Of a stretch of 24,012 nucleotides of DNA, positions 1-8,443 are shown piece by piece. Source of the stretch: Candidatus Eiseniibacteriota bacterium (GTDB lineage: Bacteria > Eisenbacteria > RBG-16-71-46 > DASYSL01). Below the pieces are notes generated by a model, which worked only from the letters and a program-made list of their open reading frames with translations, was not told where the DNA came from and ran no database searches. Position 1 is the stretch's first letter. The number at the start of each line of letters is the position of its first letter. The stretch is from positions 1 to 24,012 of the forward strand of contig JBKJJJ010000040.1 in the NCBI GenBank assembly GCA_046598045.1, in the 5' to 3' direction. The translations under genes and the position numbers were made by a program.

Positions 1-396
1 AAGTTCTCGCCGGCCGAGGTCGAGCGCCTGCGCCGCTACCTGACCGGCGGTGGCTTCCTGTGGTGCGACGACGACTACGGCATCGACACCTCGTTCCGCC
101 GCGAGCTCAAGCGCGTGCTTCCCGACGCGGACCTCGTCGAGCTGCCGTTCGGGCACCCGCTGTTCCACCAGATGTACGACTTCCCGCGCGGCCTGCCGAA
201 GATCCACGAGCACGACGGCGGGCCGGCGCGTGCGTTCGGCGCGTACCACGACGGGCGCATGGTGGTGTTCTATTCCTACGACACGGACCTCGGCGACGGG
301 CTCGAGGACTCAGGCGTCCACCCCGACACGCCCGAGAAGCGCGAGCAGGCCCTGCGCATGGGCATCAACGTCGCGCTGTTCGCGCTCACGCCATGA
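1..396 (+). CDS. DUF4159-domain protein (5'-partial)
   Basis: Frame open from base 1: KFSPAEVERLRRYLTGGGFLWCDDDYG...HPLFH...GLPKIHEHDG...DLGDGLE...EQALRMGIN. These motifs are typical of DUF4159. The TGA at 394-396 overlaps the next ATG. Confidence 0.85.
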   Translation, partial: KFSPAEVERLRRYLTGGGFLWCDDDYGIDTSFRRELKRVLPDADLVELPFGHPLFHQMYDFPRGLPKIHEHDGGPARAFGAYHDGRMVVFYSYDTDLGDGLEDSGVHPDTPEKREQALRMGINVALFALTP

Positions 397-3300
397 CCGA
401 TCTCCGCGCGCTCGAGACCCGGCTTGCCGCCGGTCGCCGCCGCTTCCTCGCGCACGTGGCGTGCGCCGGGGCGCTGCGCTTCGCCTCTGTGGCTGCGCTC
501 GGCCTGTTCGCGCTGGTCGTCGTCGGCGCGCTGTTCGCTCGTGTCGCCGAGTTGCCGTACGCGCTGGCGGCACTCGCGCTCGGCGGCGCGGTGGCCGCAC
601 TCGGGTTGTGCGTCGCGCGCCCCCTGGTCGCCGCGCCCGAGCTCAAGCAATACGCGCTGCTCGCCGAGGAGCGCTTCCCGGAGGCGCGTTCGCTGCTCGT
701 CAACGCGCTCGAGCTGGCCCCCGCCGCCGCGCCTTCGAGCGGGGGGTCCGGCTCGCTGGTCACCGCGCTCGTGGGCGAGGCGCGGCGGCGGGCCGACGGC
801 CTCGCGTTCGCCCAGCTCGCGCCGCGCGCGCTGCCGGGGCGGCCGCTGCTCGCGCTCGGCGGGGCGGTCGTGTTGTGGGGCCTGGGTCTCGGGCTCTTTC
901 CGGGCCCGCTCGGCGCGTCGTTCGACCGCCTGCTCCACCCGCGCGCGGCCGCGGCCACGCTGATCAGGCTTTCGGTCGAGCCCGGCGACATGACGATCCC
1001 GCCGGGCGCAACGCTCGAGGCGCGCGCCACGGTCGAGGGCACGAGCCGCCGGCCCACGCTGGTGTTCGCCCGCGGCGGCAGGAACGAGCGCGTCGCGATG
1101 GACGCGGTCTCCGGGCGCTGGGTCGGCTCGGTGCGCGGCGTCAGCGAGCCCGGCACGTACTGGGTCGAGGTCGCCGGGGTCAAGAGCCCGCTCTACGCGG
1201 TCGCGCTCTCGGGCCAGGCCGGGTTCGTCTCCTTCGACCTGACGTACGCGTTCCCCGCCTACACACGCCTGCCGGCGGAGACGCAATCGGCGACGCGCGG
1301 CGACGTCAGCGTGCTCACCGGCACGCGTGTGACCGTGATCGTCAACCTCGATCGCAAGGTCGACGGCGTGCGCTGGACGCTGCCCGGCCGCGCCCCCGAG
1401 GCGCTGACCGCGCTGTCCCCGCGGCGCTTCAAGGGCGAGTTCACCGCCTTTGCCGCGGGCGAGTACGTGCTCGAGGCCGAGATCGGCGCGCAGGCGCTGC
1501 GCGAGACCTATCGCATCCAGCCGGTCGCCGATCAGCCGCCGCTGCTCACGGTCATCCAGCCCGAGGGCGACCTGGACCTGCCGAACGGCCAGAGGGTGCC
1601 GATCTGGGCGGCCGCGACCGACGACTACGGGCTGACGCTTCTCACGCTCGTGGCGCAGGCCGAGAAGGGCCCCGTGTTGCGCGTGCCGCTCGCGCACTGG
1701 GCCGACCAGCCGCGCGACGCGAGCGCGGGCGTCGACTGGGACGCCTCGGCGCTCGCGCTCCTGCCGGGCCAGAGCGCGACGTTCCATCTCGAGCTCGCCG
1801 ACAACGACGCGGTCCACGGGCCGAACGTGACCGTGAGCCGCACGTTCACGCTGCGCTTCCCGCTGCTGTCGGAGCTCTACCGATCGCTCGAACAACAGCA
1901 CGACACGACGATGGCCGCGATCGAGCAGACCGCGAAGGACCAGAAGGAGCTCGAGAAGCAGGTCGAGGAACTCGCGAAGAGCCTGCAGAACGACCGCCAG
2001 GTCGACTGGGAGAAGCAGCAGGCGGCGAAGGACGTGGCCGAGAAGCAGCGCCAGATCGCCGAGCAGATGTCGAAGGCGGCGCAGGCGCTCGAGCAGCGCG
2101 CCGAGACCGCGCAGGAGCACAAGGCGTACGACGACCAGTTGCTGGCGAAGATGCAGGAGCTCTCGAAGCTCGTCGCCGAGCTCAAGAACGAGGATCTCAA
2201 GCGCGCGCTCGACGAGCTGTCGAAGAAGGTCAACCAGAGCGATCCGCGGCAGCTCCAGCAGCAGCTCAAGGACCTCGCGCAGCAGCAGAAAGAGACGCTC
2301 GCCGGGCTCGAGCGCTCGCTCGAGCTGATGAAGAAGCTGCGCCAGGAGGAGCGCGCGCAGGAGGCCGCGGAGCGCGCGAAGGAGATGGCCGATCGACAGG
2401 ATCGCCTAGACCAGCAGATGGCGCAGAAGCCCGACCAGAAAGATCGCCAGGCCCAGGAGCAGCAGAAGCTCTCGGACGCGGCGAAGGAGCTGGCGAAGGA
2501 CCTCGAGCAACTGGCGAAGGAACTGTCGGACCCGAAGGCGCCGAAGGACCCGAGCGCGGACCCGATGCAGAAGGGCGCGCAGGACTTGAAGCAGGACATC
2601 GCTCCCAAGATGGACGAGGCGCAGCAGAACCTGAAGCAGTCGGCACAGAACAAGGGTGCGAGCGAAAAAGCGCAGCAGGCGGGACAGAAGGCGCAGCAGG
2701 CGCTCGAGAAACTCTCCCAGAGCCTGCAGAAAGCGTCTTCGGGCATGACCAAGGATGACAACCAGGCGGCGGCGCAGGCGATCCGCCGCGCCGCGCAGGA
2801 CCTCGTCAACCTCTCCCAGGCCGGCGAGGCCGCGCTCGATCGCCCGGGCAGCGACCGGGAGAAGGCGCAGAGCCAGGAGGACCTGCAGCAGGGCGCGTCG
2901 CAGGTGGTGGACGACCTGATCGAGACCGGCAAGGACACGCCTTATCTCGGTTCGGAAGCGACCAAGGAACTGGGCCGCGCGATCAACGAACTCGAGAACT
3001 CGAAGGACGCGTTCGCGCAGGGCAACAGCGCGCGCGGCAAGCAGTCAGGCCAGAGCGCGAGCGAGGCGATCGACCGCGCGGTGCTCGCGCTGCGCGAGGC
3101 CGAGTCGGCGTGCCAGAAGCCGGGCCCGAACAAGGGTGGCAAGAGCGGCAGCTCGCGCGAGAAGGTGCAGGGGCTCGCGAACCAGCAGGGCGAGCTCAAC
3201 CAGGAATCGCAGTCGCTAGCCGATCGCCTGACGCAGCAGCAGCGCATCGCAGCCGGGGATCAGGCCTCGATCGAGCGCCTTGCGGCGCAGCAGCAGATGA

Positions 3301-3692
3301 TCCGCCAGGGGCTCGAGGAGGCGATGAAGAATGCGAAGCCCGGGGACCAGATCTTGGGCCGCATGGACCAGGCGAAGGACGACATGGCGCAGGTCGAGCA
3401 GAACCTCCAGCGGGGCCGACTCGACGATGAGACGCTGGCGCGCCAGCAGAAGATCCTCTCGCGCATGCTCGACGCCCAGCGCAGCCTGAACAAGCGCGAC
3501 TTCGACGCCCAGCGCGAATCGAACACCGGGCACGACTTGACGCGACCGACGCCGGCCGCGCTGCGCGCCGGGTTGCTCAAGCGCGAGGACCGCGTGCGCT
3601 CGGACCTGCTGCGCGCGCAGGCCGAGAAGTACCCGGGCGAATACCGCTCGCTGGTCGAAGCCTACCTGCGCCGGCTCGGAGCCACCGAGTGA
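393..3692 (+). CDS. Large membrane-anchored coiled-coil protein (DUF4175-like), 1099 aa
   Basis: ATG at 393 in an ATGA overlap, preferred over the track start at 60. About 3 N-terminal hydrophobic segments, a beta-rich Ig-like region with A.DDYGL and A.DND.V.GP motifs, then >550 aa of Q/E/K/A-rich helices ending ...YPGEYRSLVEAYLRRL. Confidence 0.8.
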   Translation: MTDLRALETRLAAGRRRFLAHVACAGALRFASVAALGLFALVVVGALFARVAELPYALAALALGGAVAALGLCVARPLVAAPELKQYALLAEERFPEARSLLVNALELAPAAAPSSGGSGSLVTALVGEARRRADGLAFAQLAPRALPGRPLLALGGAVVLWGLGLGLFPGPLGASFDRLLHPRAAAATLIRLSVEPGDMTIPPGATLEARATVEGTSRRPTLVFARGGRNERVAMDAVSGRWVGSVRGVSEPGTYWVEVAGVKSPLYAVALSGQAGFVSFDLTYAFPAYTRLPAETQSATRGDVSVLTGTRVTVIVNLDRKVDGVRWTLPGRAPEALTALSPRRFKGEFTAFAAGEYVLEAEIGAQALRETYRIQPVADQPPLLTVIQPEGDLDLPNGQRVPIWAAATDDYGLTLLTLVAQAEKGPVLRVPLAHWADQPRDASAGVDWDASALALLPGQSATFHLELADNDAVHGPNVTVSRTFTLRFPLLSELYRSLEQQHDTTMAAIEQTAKDQKELEKQVEELAKSLQNDRQVDWEKQQAAKDVAEKQRQIAEQMSKAAQALEQRAETAQEHKAYDDQLLAKMQELSKLVAELKNEDLKRALDELSKKVNQSDPRQLQQQLKDLAQQQKETLAGLERSLELMKKLRQEERAQEAAERAKEMADRQDRLDQQMAQKPDQKDRQAQEQQKLSDAAKELAKDLEQLAKELSDPKAPKDPSADPMQKGAQDLKQDIAPKMDEAQQNLKQSAQNKGASEKAQQAGQKAQQALEKLSQSLQKASSGMTKDDNQAAAQAIRRAAQDLVNLSQAGEAALDRPGSDREKAQSQEDLQQGASQVVDDLIETGKDTPYLGSEATKELGRAINELENSKDAFAQGNSARGKQSGQSASEAIDRAVLALREAESACQKPGPNKGGKSGSSREKVQGLANQQGELNQESQSLADRLTQQQRIAAGDQASIERLAAQQQMIRQGLEEAMKNAKPGDQILGRMDQAKDDMAQVEQNLQRGRLDDETLARQQKILSRMLDAQRSLNKRDFDAQRESNTGHDLTRPTPAALRAGLLKREDRVRSDLLRAQAEKYPGEYRSLVEAYLRRLGATE

Positions 3693-5680
3693 GCCCTCGC
3701 GCGCTCGGCTTGACGCTCCTTCTGCTCGCGGCCGCGCTGCCCGCGCGCGCGCAGGATTTCCCGTTGCTCGCGCCCGGCGGGGCGTCCGGGAGCGCGCGTT
3801 TCGGCGCCGGGGAACCCAGCCTGTTGCCGCTCGCCGATGAACAGAAGATCGAACGGGCCCGGAACCTCGTGCGGGTCGGCTACGCGGACCAGGCTCGAGC
3901 GCTGATCGACGACGTGGCCGCGCGCGCGCCCGACGACCTCGACGTGCTGCTCGCGCTCGCCGAGTTGCTCACGCGCACGACGCCCGATGCGGCGGCGCGC
4001 TTCCTCGCCGAGAAGGGCGCCCGCCCCGCGGTCGCCGCCGCGCTGGTGGCGCGTCCGCGGCGCGGCGGGTTCTGGCTGCGCTACGAGGCCGAAGCCATGG
4101 CCGCGGCGGGCCGCCAGGACGAGGCGGTGAAGAAAGCGCTCGCCGCGTGGGAGCGGAGCCCCGAGCAGGCCTCGTGGGCGCGCGTTCGGCTCGAGGCATG
4201 GAGCGCGGACGGCGCCGGGACCCTGCGCGAGCTCGCGCGCCTCGCGGACCGCCGGCCCGAGCGCGCGGATCTTGCGTTCGAGGCTGCGCGCGCCGAGGCC
4301 ATCTCCGGCCGCCTGCGCCCGGCGATCGATCGCCTGCGCCGCTTCGAGCAGGCGGACGCGAAGCGCGCGGCCGCGCCTTCCGGCGATCATCCCGCAGAGG
4401 AGCTCGCGGGCGATCCGGGGCCGGCGCCCGCGGGCTCCCGGATGTGGCAGCTCGCGCTCGCGCTCGCCGCGCGTGGAGACGAGGGCGTGGATGCGGCGGA
4501 CTCGGTGTTCGTCGAGCTCGCGCTCGGGCGCGATTACGATCCGCAGTTGCGCACGCAGGCGATGGTACGCCTGTTCGACGAGCGCGTGGCGGCCGGCACG
4601 GCGGCGGGCGACTCGCCGGGCGACCCGCCGGGTGGCGCGTGGTTCGAGGGGCAGCCGCGGAATGGTGTCGTGCGCCTGCGCATCGGCGAGAACGGGCGGC
4701 TCGAGACCGAGCTGGCCGCGCCGGCCGCGCCGACCACGCCGGCCACGCCCGCGAAGCCCGCGAAGCCCGCGCCGCGCGTCGCGAAGAAGCCGCCGCCGCT
4801 CGACGAGGCGGCGCGCGCGCGCGCCCGGCTGGCCGCGCTCGAGCGCGTGTGGCGTTTGCTTCCGCCGTCGCCCGAGGCGTTGCGCCGGGGACTCGAGCTC
4901 TCGGAGCGCTATCGCGCGCAAGGCGACGACACGGCGGCGCGCCGCGTGTCCGACCTCGCCGTGAAGATGGCGCCGCGCACGCCCGGCGCGGCCCGAGATC
5001 CCGAGCTCACGGGCCGGCTGGCGGTGCGGCGGGGCAAGGACGCGCTCGCGTCCGGGGAGCTCGCGGATGCGGAGCGCGCGTTCAACGAAGCGCGCACCTC
5101 GGGCGCGTCCGAGCACGTGCGCGAAGAGGCGCAGTTCCTTGCGGGCGAGGCGGCGTTCTACGAGGGCCGTTTCGACTCCGCGGCCGCGCGCTACGATGCG
5201 TTCGCCAACGCCTACCCGACGAGCCGATTCACCAATGACGCGCTCGAGCGCATGTACCTCATCGAGTCGGGCAACGGTGGTGCGGTGGCCGGCCTGACCG
5301 AACTCGCGCGCGCGCTGCGGCTCGCCCGGGCCGGCGCGGGCGACGAGGCGCTGGCGGTCGCGGCTGGGGCCGAAGCGGCGTCCGCGAATGGCCCGGCGTG
5401 GGCGCACGCGGGCCTCCTGACCGCGAGCCTGCTCGAGGCGCGCGGGCGCGGAAGGGAAGCGGCCGCGAAGGCGCTCTCGGTCGCCGAGACCCATCCGGAG
5501 GACCGGCTCGCGCCGGTGGGGCGCCGCAAGGCCGGCGACCTCTACCATGCCGCGGGCCAGGACGCGCTCGCGCTCGCGCAGTACGAGGAGTTGCTCGTGC
5601 GCTACCCGCGCTCGTGGCTCGCGCCCGAGACCCGGCGCCTGGTGCAGGACCTGCGCGCGCGCGTGGGGCCGACGCCTTGA
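3689..5680 (+). CDS. Exported tetratricopeptide-repeat protein
   Basis: GTG start in a GTGA overlap. Signal peptide (LTLLLLAAALPARA|QD). C-terminal TPR-like helices (AQFLAGEAAFYEGRFDSAAARYDAFANAYPTS; ALAQYEELLVRYPRS). Confidence 0.75.
   Translation: MSPRALGLTLLLLAAALPARAQDFPLLAPGGASGSARFGAGEPSLLPLADEQKIERARNLVRVGYADQARALIDDVAARAPDDLDVLLALAELLTRTTPDAAARFLAEKGARPAVAAALVARPRRGGFWLRYEAEAMAAAGRQDEAVKKALAAWERSPEQASWARVRLEAWSADGAGTLRELARLADRRPERADLAFEAARAEAISGRLRPAIDRLRRFEQADAKRAAAPSGDHPAEELAGDPGPAPAGSRMWQLALALAARGDEGVDAADSVFVELALGRDYDPQLRTQAMVRLFDERVAAGTAAGDSPGDPPGGAWFEGQPRNGVVRLRIGENGRLETELAAPAAPTTPATPAKPAKPAPRVAKKPPPLDEAARARARLAALERVWRLLPPSPEALRRGLELSERYRAQGDDTAARRVSDLAVKMAPRTPGAARDPELTGRLAVRRGKDALASGELADAERAFNEARTSGASEHVREEAQFLAGEAAFYEGRFDSAAARYDAFANAYPTSRFTNDALERMYLIESGNGGAVAGLTELARALRLARAGAGDEALAVAAGAEAASANGPAWAHAGLLTASLLEARGRGREAAAKALSVAETHPEDRLAPVGRRKAGDLYHAAGQDALALAQYEELLVRYPRSWLAPETRRLVQDLRARVGPTP
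4718..4771 (+). repeat. Six degenerate 9-nt tandem units encoding a Pro-rich linker (APAAPTTPATPAKPAKPA)
   Basis: gcgccggcc gcgccgacc acgccggcc acgcccgcg aagcccgcg aagcccgcg, read directly from the sequence. Confidence 0.7.
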
Positions 5681-6936
5681 GCCCGCGCATCGCAGCCTGG
5701 GCCGCGCTCCTCGTCGGGGCGCTCGCGTCCGTCCCGGCGGAGGCGAAGATCCTCGTGCCCATGGACGACCGGCAGAGCGACCACCTCAAGGCCTACGGCC
5801 TCGCCTACTGGTCGCTCGCGCACGGCGGGAAGATCGACTGGCTGCTGAACTATCGCGGCGGGTCGTTCCTCATGGCGGACGACCCGACGATCGCCCGCGA
5901 GGCGAAGATCCGCGGCGTGGCGACCGAGGACGTCGACGGCGCCGGCGAGGCCTCGATCCTGGCGACGATCGAGGACAACAACATGGAGAAGGTCGTGCTC
6001 GAGAAGGCCCCGCGCATCGCGGTCTACGTGCCGCCGAACCACCTGCCGTGGGACGACGCGGTGCGGCTCGCGCTCGACTACGCCGAGATCCCGTATGCCA
6101 CGCTATGGGACCCCGAGGTGATCAAGGGCGACCTCTCGAAGTACGACTGGCTGCACCTTCACCACGAGGACTTCACGGGGCAACAGGGCAAGTTCTACGC
6201 CGCCTACGCCGGGGCGGAGTGGTTCCAGGACGAGCGCGCGTTGCAGGAGAAGACCGCGCACGCGCTCGGCTTCACCAAGGTCAGTGACTGCAAGAAGGCG
6301 GTCGCGCGCACGATCAAGGACTACGTCGCGCGCGGGGGGTTCCTGTTCGCGATGTGCTCGGCGACGGACACCTACGACATCGCGCTCTCGGCCGAGGGCG
6401 TGGACATCGTCGACGCGCCGTACGACGGCGACCCGCCCGACGCGGGCGCGCAGCGGCGGCTCGACTACTCGCGCACCCTCGCCTTCCGAAACTTCACGCT
6501 GCTGCTCGATCCGTACGTCTACGAGTACTCGGACCTCGACGTGACGATGGAGGCAGTGTCGCGCGGGCGGAGCTCGTTCTTCACGCTGTTCGACTTCTCG
6601 GCGAAGAACGATCCCGTGCCCACGATGCTGACCCAGGACCACACCAACGCGGTCCCGGAGTTCCTCGGACAGACCACCGGGTTTCACAAGGGCTTCCTCA
6701 AGCCGGGCGTGACCGTGCTGGGCGAGGTCGAGGGCACCGGCGAGGCGAAGTACATCCACGGCGACTACGGAAAGGGCACGTTCACGTTCTACGGCGGACA
6801 CGACCCGGAGGATTACCAGCACGCCGTCGGGGATCCCCCGACCGACCTTTCGCTGCACAAGCATTCCCCCGGCTACCGCCTGATCCTCAATAACGTGCTT
6901 TTCCCTGCGGCCGAGAAGAAAAAACAGAAGACCTGA
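5677..6936 (+). CDS. Exported conserved protein with class I glutamine-amidotransferase-like motifs (family often labelled 'asparagine synthetase B')
   Basis: TTG start in a TTGA overlap. Signal peptide ending AEA|KILVPMD. Motifs HLKAYG, DWLHLHHEDFTG, GGFLFAMCSATD, YGGHDPEDY, PGYRLILNNVLFP. No Ntn N-terminal Cys and no SGGLDS, so it is not a true AsnB. Confidence 0.8.
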   Translation: MSPRIAAWAALLVGALASVPAEAKILVPMDDRQSDHLKAYGLAYWSLAHGGKIDWLLNYRGGSFLMADDPTIAREAKIRGVATEDVDGAGEASILATIEDNNMEKVVLEKAPRIAVYVPPNHLPWDDAVRLALDYAEIPYATLWDPEVIKGDLSKYDWLHLHHEDFTGQQGKFYAAYAGAEWFQDERALQEKTAHALGFTKVSDCKKAVARTIKDYVARGGFLFAMCSATDTYDIALSAEGVDIVDAPYDGDPPDAGAQRRLDYSRTLAFRNFTLLLDPYVYEYSDLDVTMEAVSRGRSSFFTLFDFSAKNDPVPTMLTQDHTNAVPEFLGQTTGFHKGFLKPGVTVLGEVEGTGEAKYIHGDYGKGTFTFYGGHDPEDYQHAVGDPPTDLSLHKHSPGYRLILNNVLFPAAEKKKQKT

Positions 6937-6938
6937 GG

Positions 6939-6967
6939 TTGACAGCGCGTCTGCCGAGGGCTGTAAT
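6939..6967 (+). promoter_or_regulatory. Sigma70-type promoter for the DUF948-YtxH genes
   Basis: TTGACA (6939-6944), 17-nt spacer, TGTAAT (6962-6967). GGAGG SD at 7026-7030. Confidence 0.7.
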
Positions 6968-7036
6968 CGAGGGGTAGCACTGCAGAAAAGTCGGCGCGCC
7001 GCGTTTCCGCGCCCGGCCCCACCTCGGAGGCATGCC

Positions 7037-7456
7037 GTGCCCGATCTGATCCAGGTTTGTATCGTCATCTTCACCGTGGCGGTCGTCGCTGCCGCCGTCG
7101 CGCTCATCCGCGTGCTCGGTCAGTTGCGCCAGACCGCCGCGCAAGTCGAGCGCACGATGGCCACGCTCGACCAATCCATCCCGACGATCGTCCGCACCGT
7201 CGATGAAGCGCGCAACGTGCTCGACTCGCTGCAGCAGGTCGTGGCACGTGCCGACCAAATCGCCGGTGACTTCGCGACCGTGGGGGGAAAGGCGGCGCGC
7301 CTTTCGTCCCTGGTCGTCGACCAGGTGCTCGCCCCGGCCACCCAGGTCGCCGCGCTGGTTTCGGGTGTACGCACCGGCGCGTCGTTCCTGTTCGACGGCT
7401 GGCTCAAGCACCGTTCCACCAAGAACCATTCCACCGGAGGTAATCACCATGAGTGA
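7037..7456 (+). CDS. DUF948 (YtxG-like) membrane-anchored helical protein
   Basis: GTG 6 nt after GGAGG. N-terminal TM followed by amphipathic heptads (LRQTAAQVERTMATLDQSIPTIV). Lies directly upstream of a YtxH gene. Confidence 0.7.
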   Translation: MPDLIQVCIVIFTVAVVAAAVALIRVLGQLRQTAAQVERTMATLDQSIPTIVRTVDEARNVLDSLQQVVARADQIAGDFATVGGKAARLSSLVVDQVLAPATQVAALVSGVRTGASFLFDGWLKHRSTKNHSTGGNHHE

Positions 7457-7733
7457 CAATCGCTCGGATTCCCTGATGGCCTTCCTGCTCGGCGCCGCCG
7501 TCGGCGCGGGCGTTGCCCTGTTGCTCGCCCCGGCGACCGGGGACGAGGTGCGCAAGAAACTCGCCGACAGCGCGCGCCGCCTGGGCGACGATCTCGACGA
7601 CAAGCTCAAGACCGCGAAGGACGAGGTGAAGAGCCGTGCCGGCGACGTCAAGTCGGCCATCGGCGCGGGCCGCGACGCCTACGCGCGCGCGCGCACCGGT
7701 GAGGAGCCGGTCCAGACGTCGAACGTCCTGTAG
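7449..7733 (+). CDS. YtxH-domain protein, 94 aa
   Basis: ATG at 7449 after GGAGG. Signature AFLLGAAVGAGVALLLAPATGDEVRKKL. Confidence 0.9.
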   Translation: MSDNRSDSLMAFLLGAAVGAGVALLLAPATGDEVRKKLADSARRLGDDLDDKLKTAKDEVKSRAGDVKSAIGAGRDAYARARTGEEPVQTSNVL

Positions 7734-8440
7734 TGCGGGCCCGCGCCCTGCGGACCCTGTTTGCCTTCTGCGCCCTCTCGACGCTCGCCTCCGTGCGAGC
7801 GTCGGAGGCGCAGGACCTGTCGAAACTCCGCCGCCGCGCGCTCGCCTCGCCGGGCGTCGGCGCCCACTTCGAACTCACCGCATTCAACGGGATCCAGTTA
7901 CCGAAGGACCTCTACGCGTCGAGCGGCGCGAAGATCGGTCCCGGCGACGGCTACACGTGGGGCGGCCGCGTCGCGTACCACACCGGCCCCAAGCTCGGCA
8001 TCGAGCTTTCGTACACGCGCGCGCACTCCGCGCTCGAGCTGCGCACGCGCTCGCCCGGCTTCCCTGATTCGACCGCGCTCGGGGGCCTCGTGGTGCAAGC
8101 CTTCGACGTGGGCGTTTTGCTGGCCCAGGAGGCGCAGCCGGGCGCGAAGACCGCGGGCTTCCTGCTGGTCGGTGTCGGGGCGACGCGCTTCGTCGGCGAC
8201 ATCGCGCCCGCGAGCGGCGACGTCACCCGCCGGCGCTTCGCGTGGCACGCGGGGCTCGGGAGCAAGATCCGGGTGGGGGACAATCTCTCGCTGCGGCTCG
8301 AGGCGCGCTATCGCTCGACCAACACCGATCCGCGCGGCGCCCTCTACACCGACCAGGAGGGCAACGCGTACGCGTTCGCGCCCCACTGGTATCGCACCGG
8401 CGAACTCACCGCCGGGCTGACCTACCGCATCGGCGGGTAG
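7733..8440 (+). CDS. Outer-membrane beta-barrel protein (8-stranded OmpA-like barrel)
   Basis: GTG overlapping the upstream TAG. Signal peptide, alternating amphipathic strands (WGGRVAY, LGIELSY, AWHAGLGSK, LSLRLEARY), terminal strand LTAGLTYRIGG. Confidence 0.75.
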   Translation: MRARALRTLFAFCALSTLASVRASEAQDLSKLRRRALASPGVGAHFELTAFNGIQLPKDLYASSGAKIGPGDGYTWGGRVAYHTGPKLGIELSYTRAHSALELRTRSPGFPDSTALGGLVVQAFDVGVLLAQEAQPGAKTAGFLLVGVGATRFVGDIAPASGDVTRRRFAWHAGLGSKIRVGDNLSLRLEARYRSTNTDPRGALYTDQEGNAYAFAPHWYRTGELTAGLTYRIGG

Positions 8441-8443
8441 CGG

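Noticed and set aside
50..2758. 902-aa alternative-frame ORF and other long overlapping ORFs (e.g. 276..2120 -, 3662..5548 -, 9701..11659 +)
   Set aside because: Arg/Ala/Gly/Pro-rich shadow frames expected at high GC. They overlap genes with clear family motifs and have no motifs of their own.
6968..7030. Pairing of CGAGGGG with CCCCACCTCG that could occlude the DUF948 SD
   Set aside because: The 5' arm lies at or upstream of the predicted TSS, so it is probably not transcribed, and such pairing is common at this GC content.
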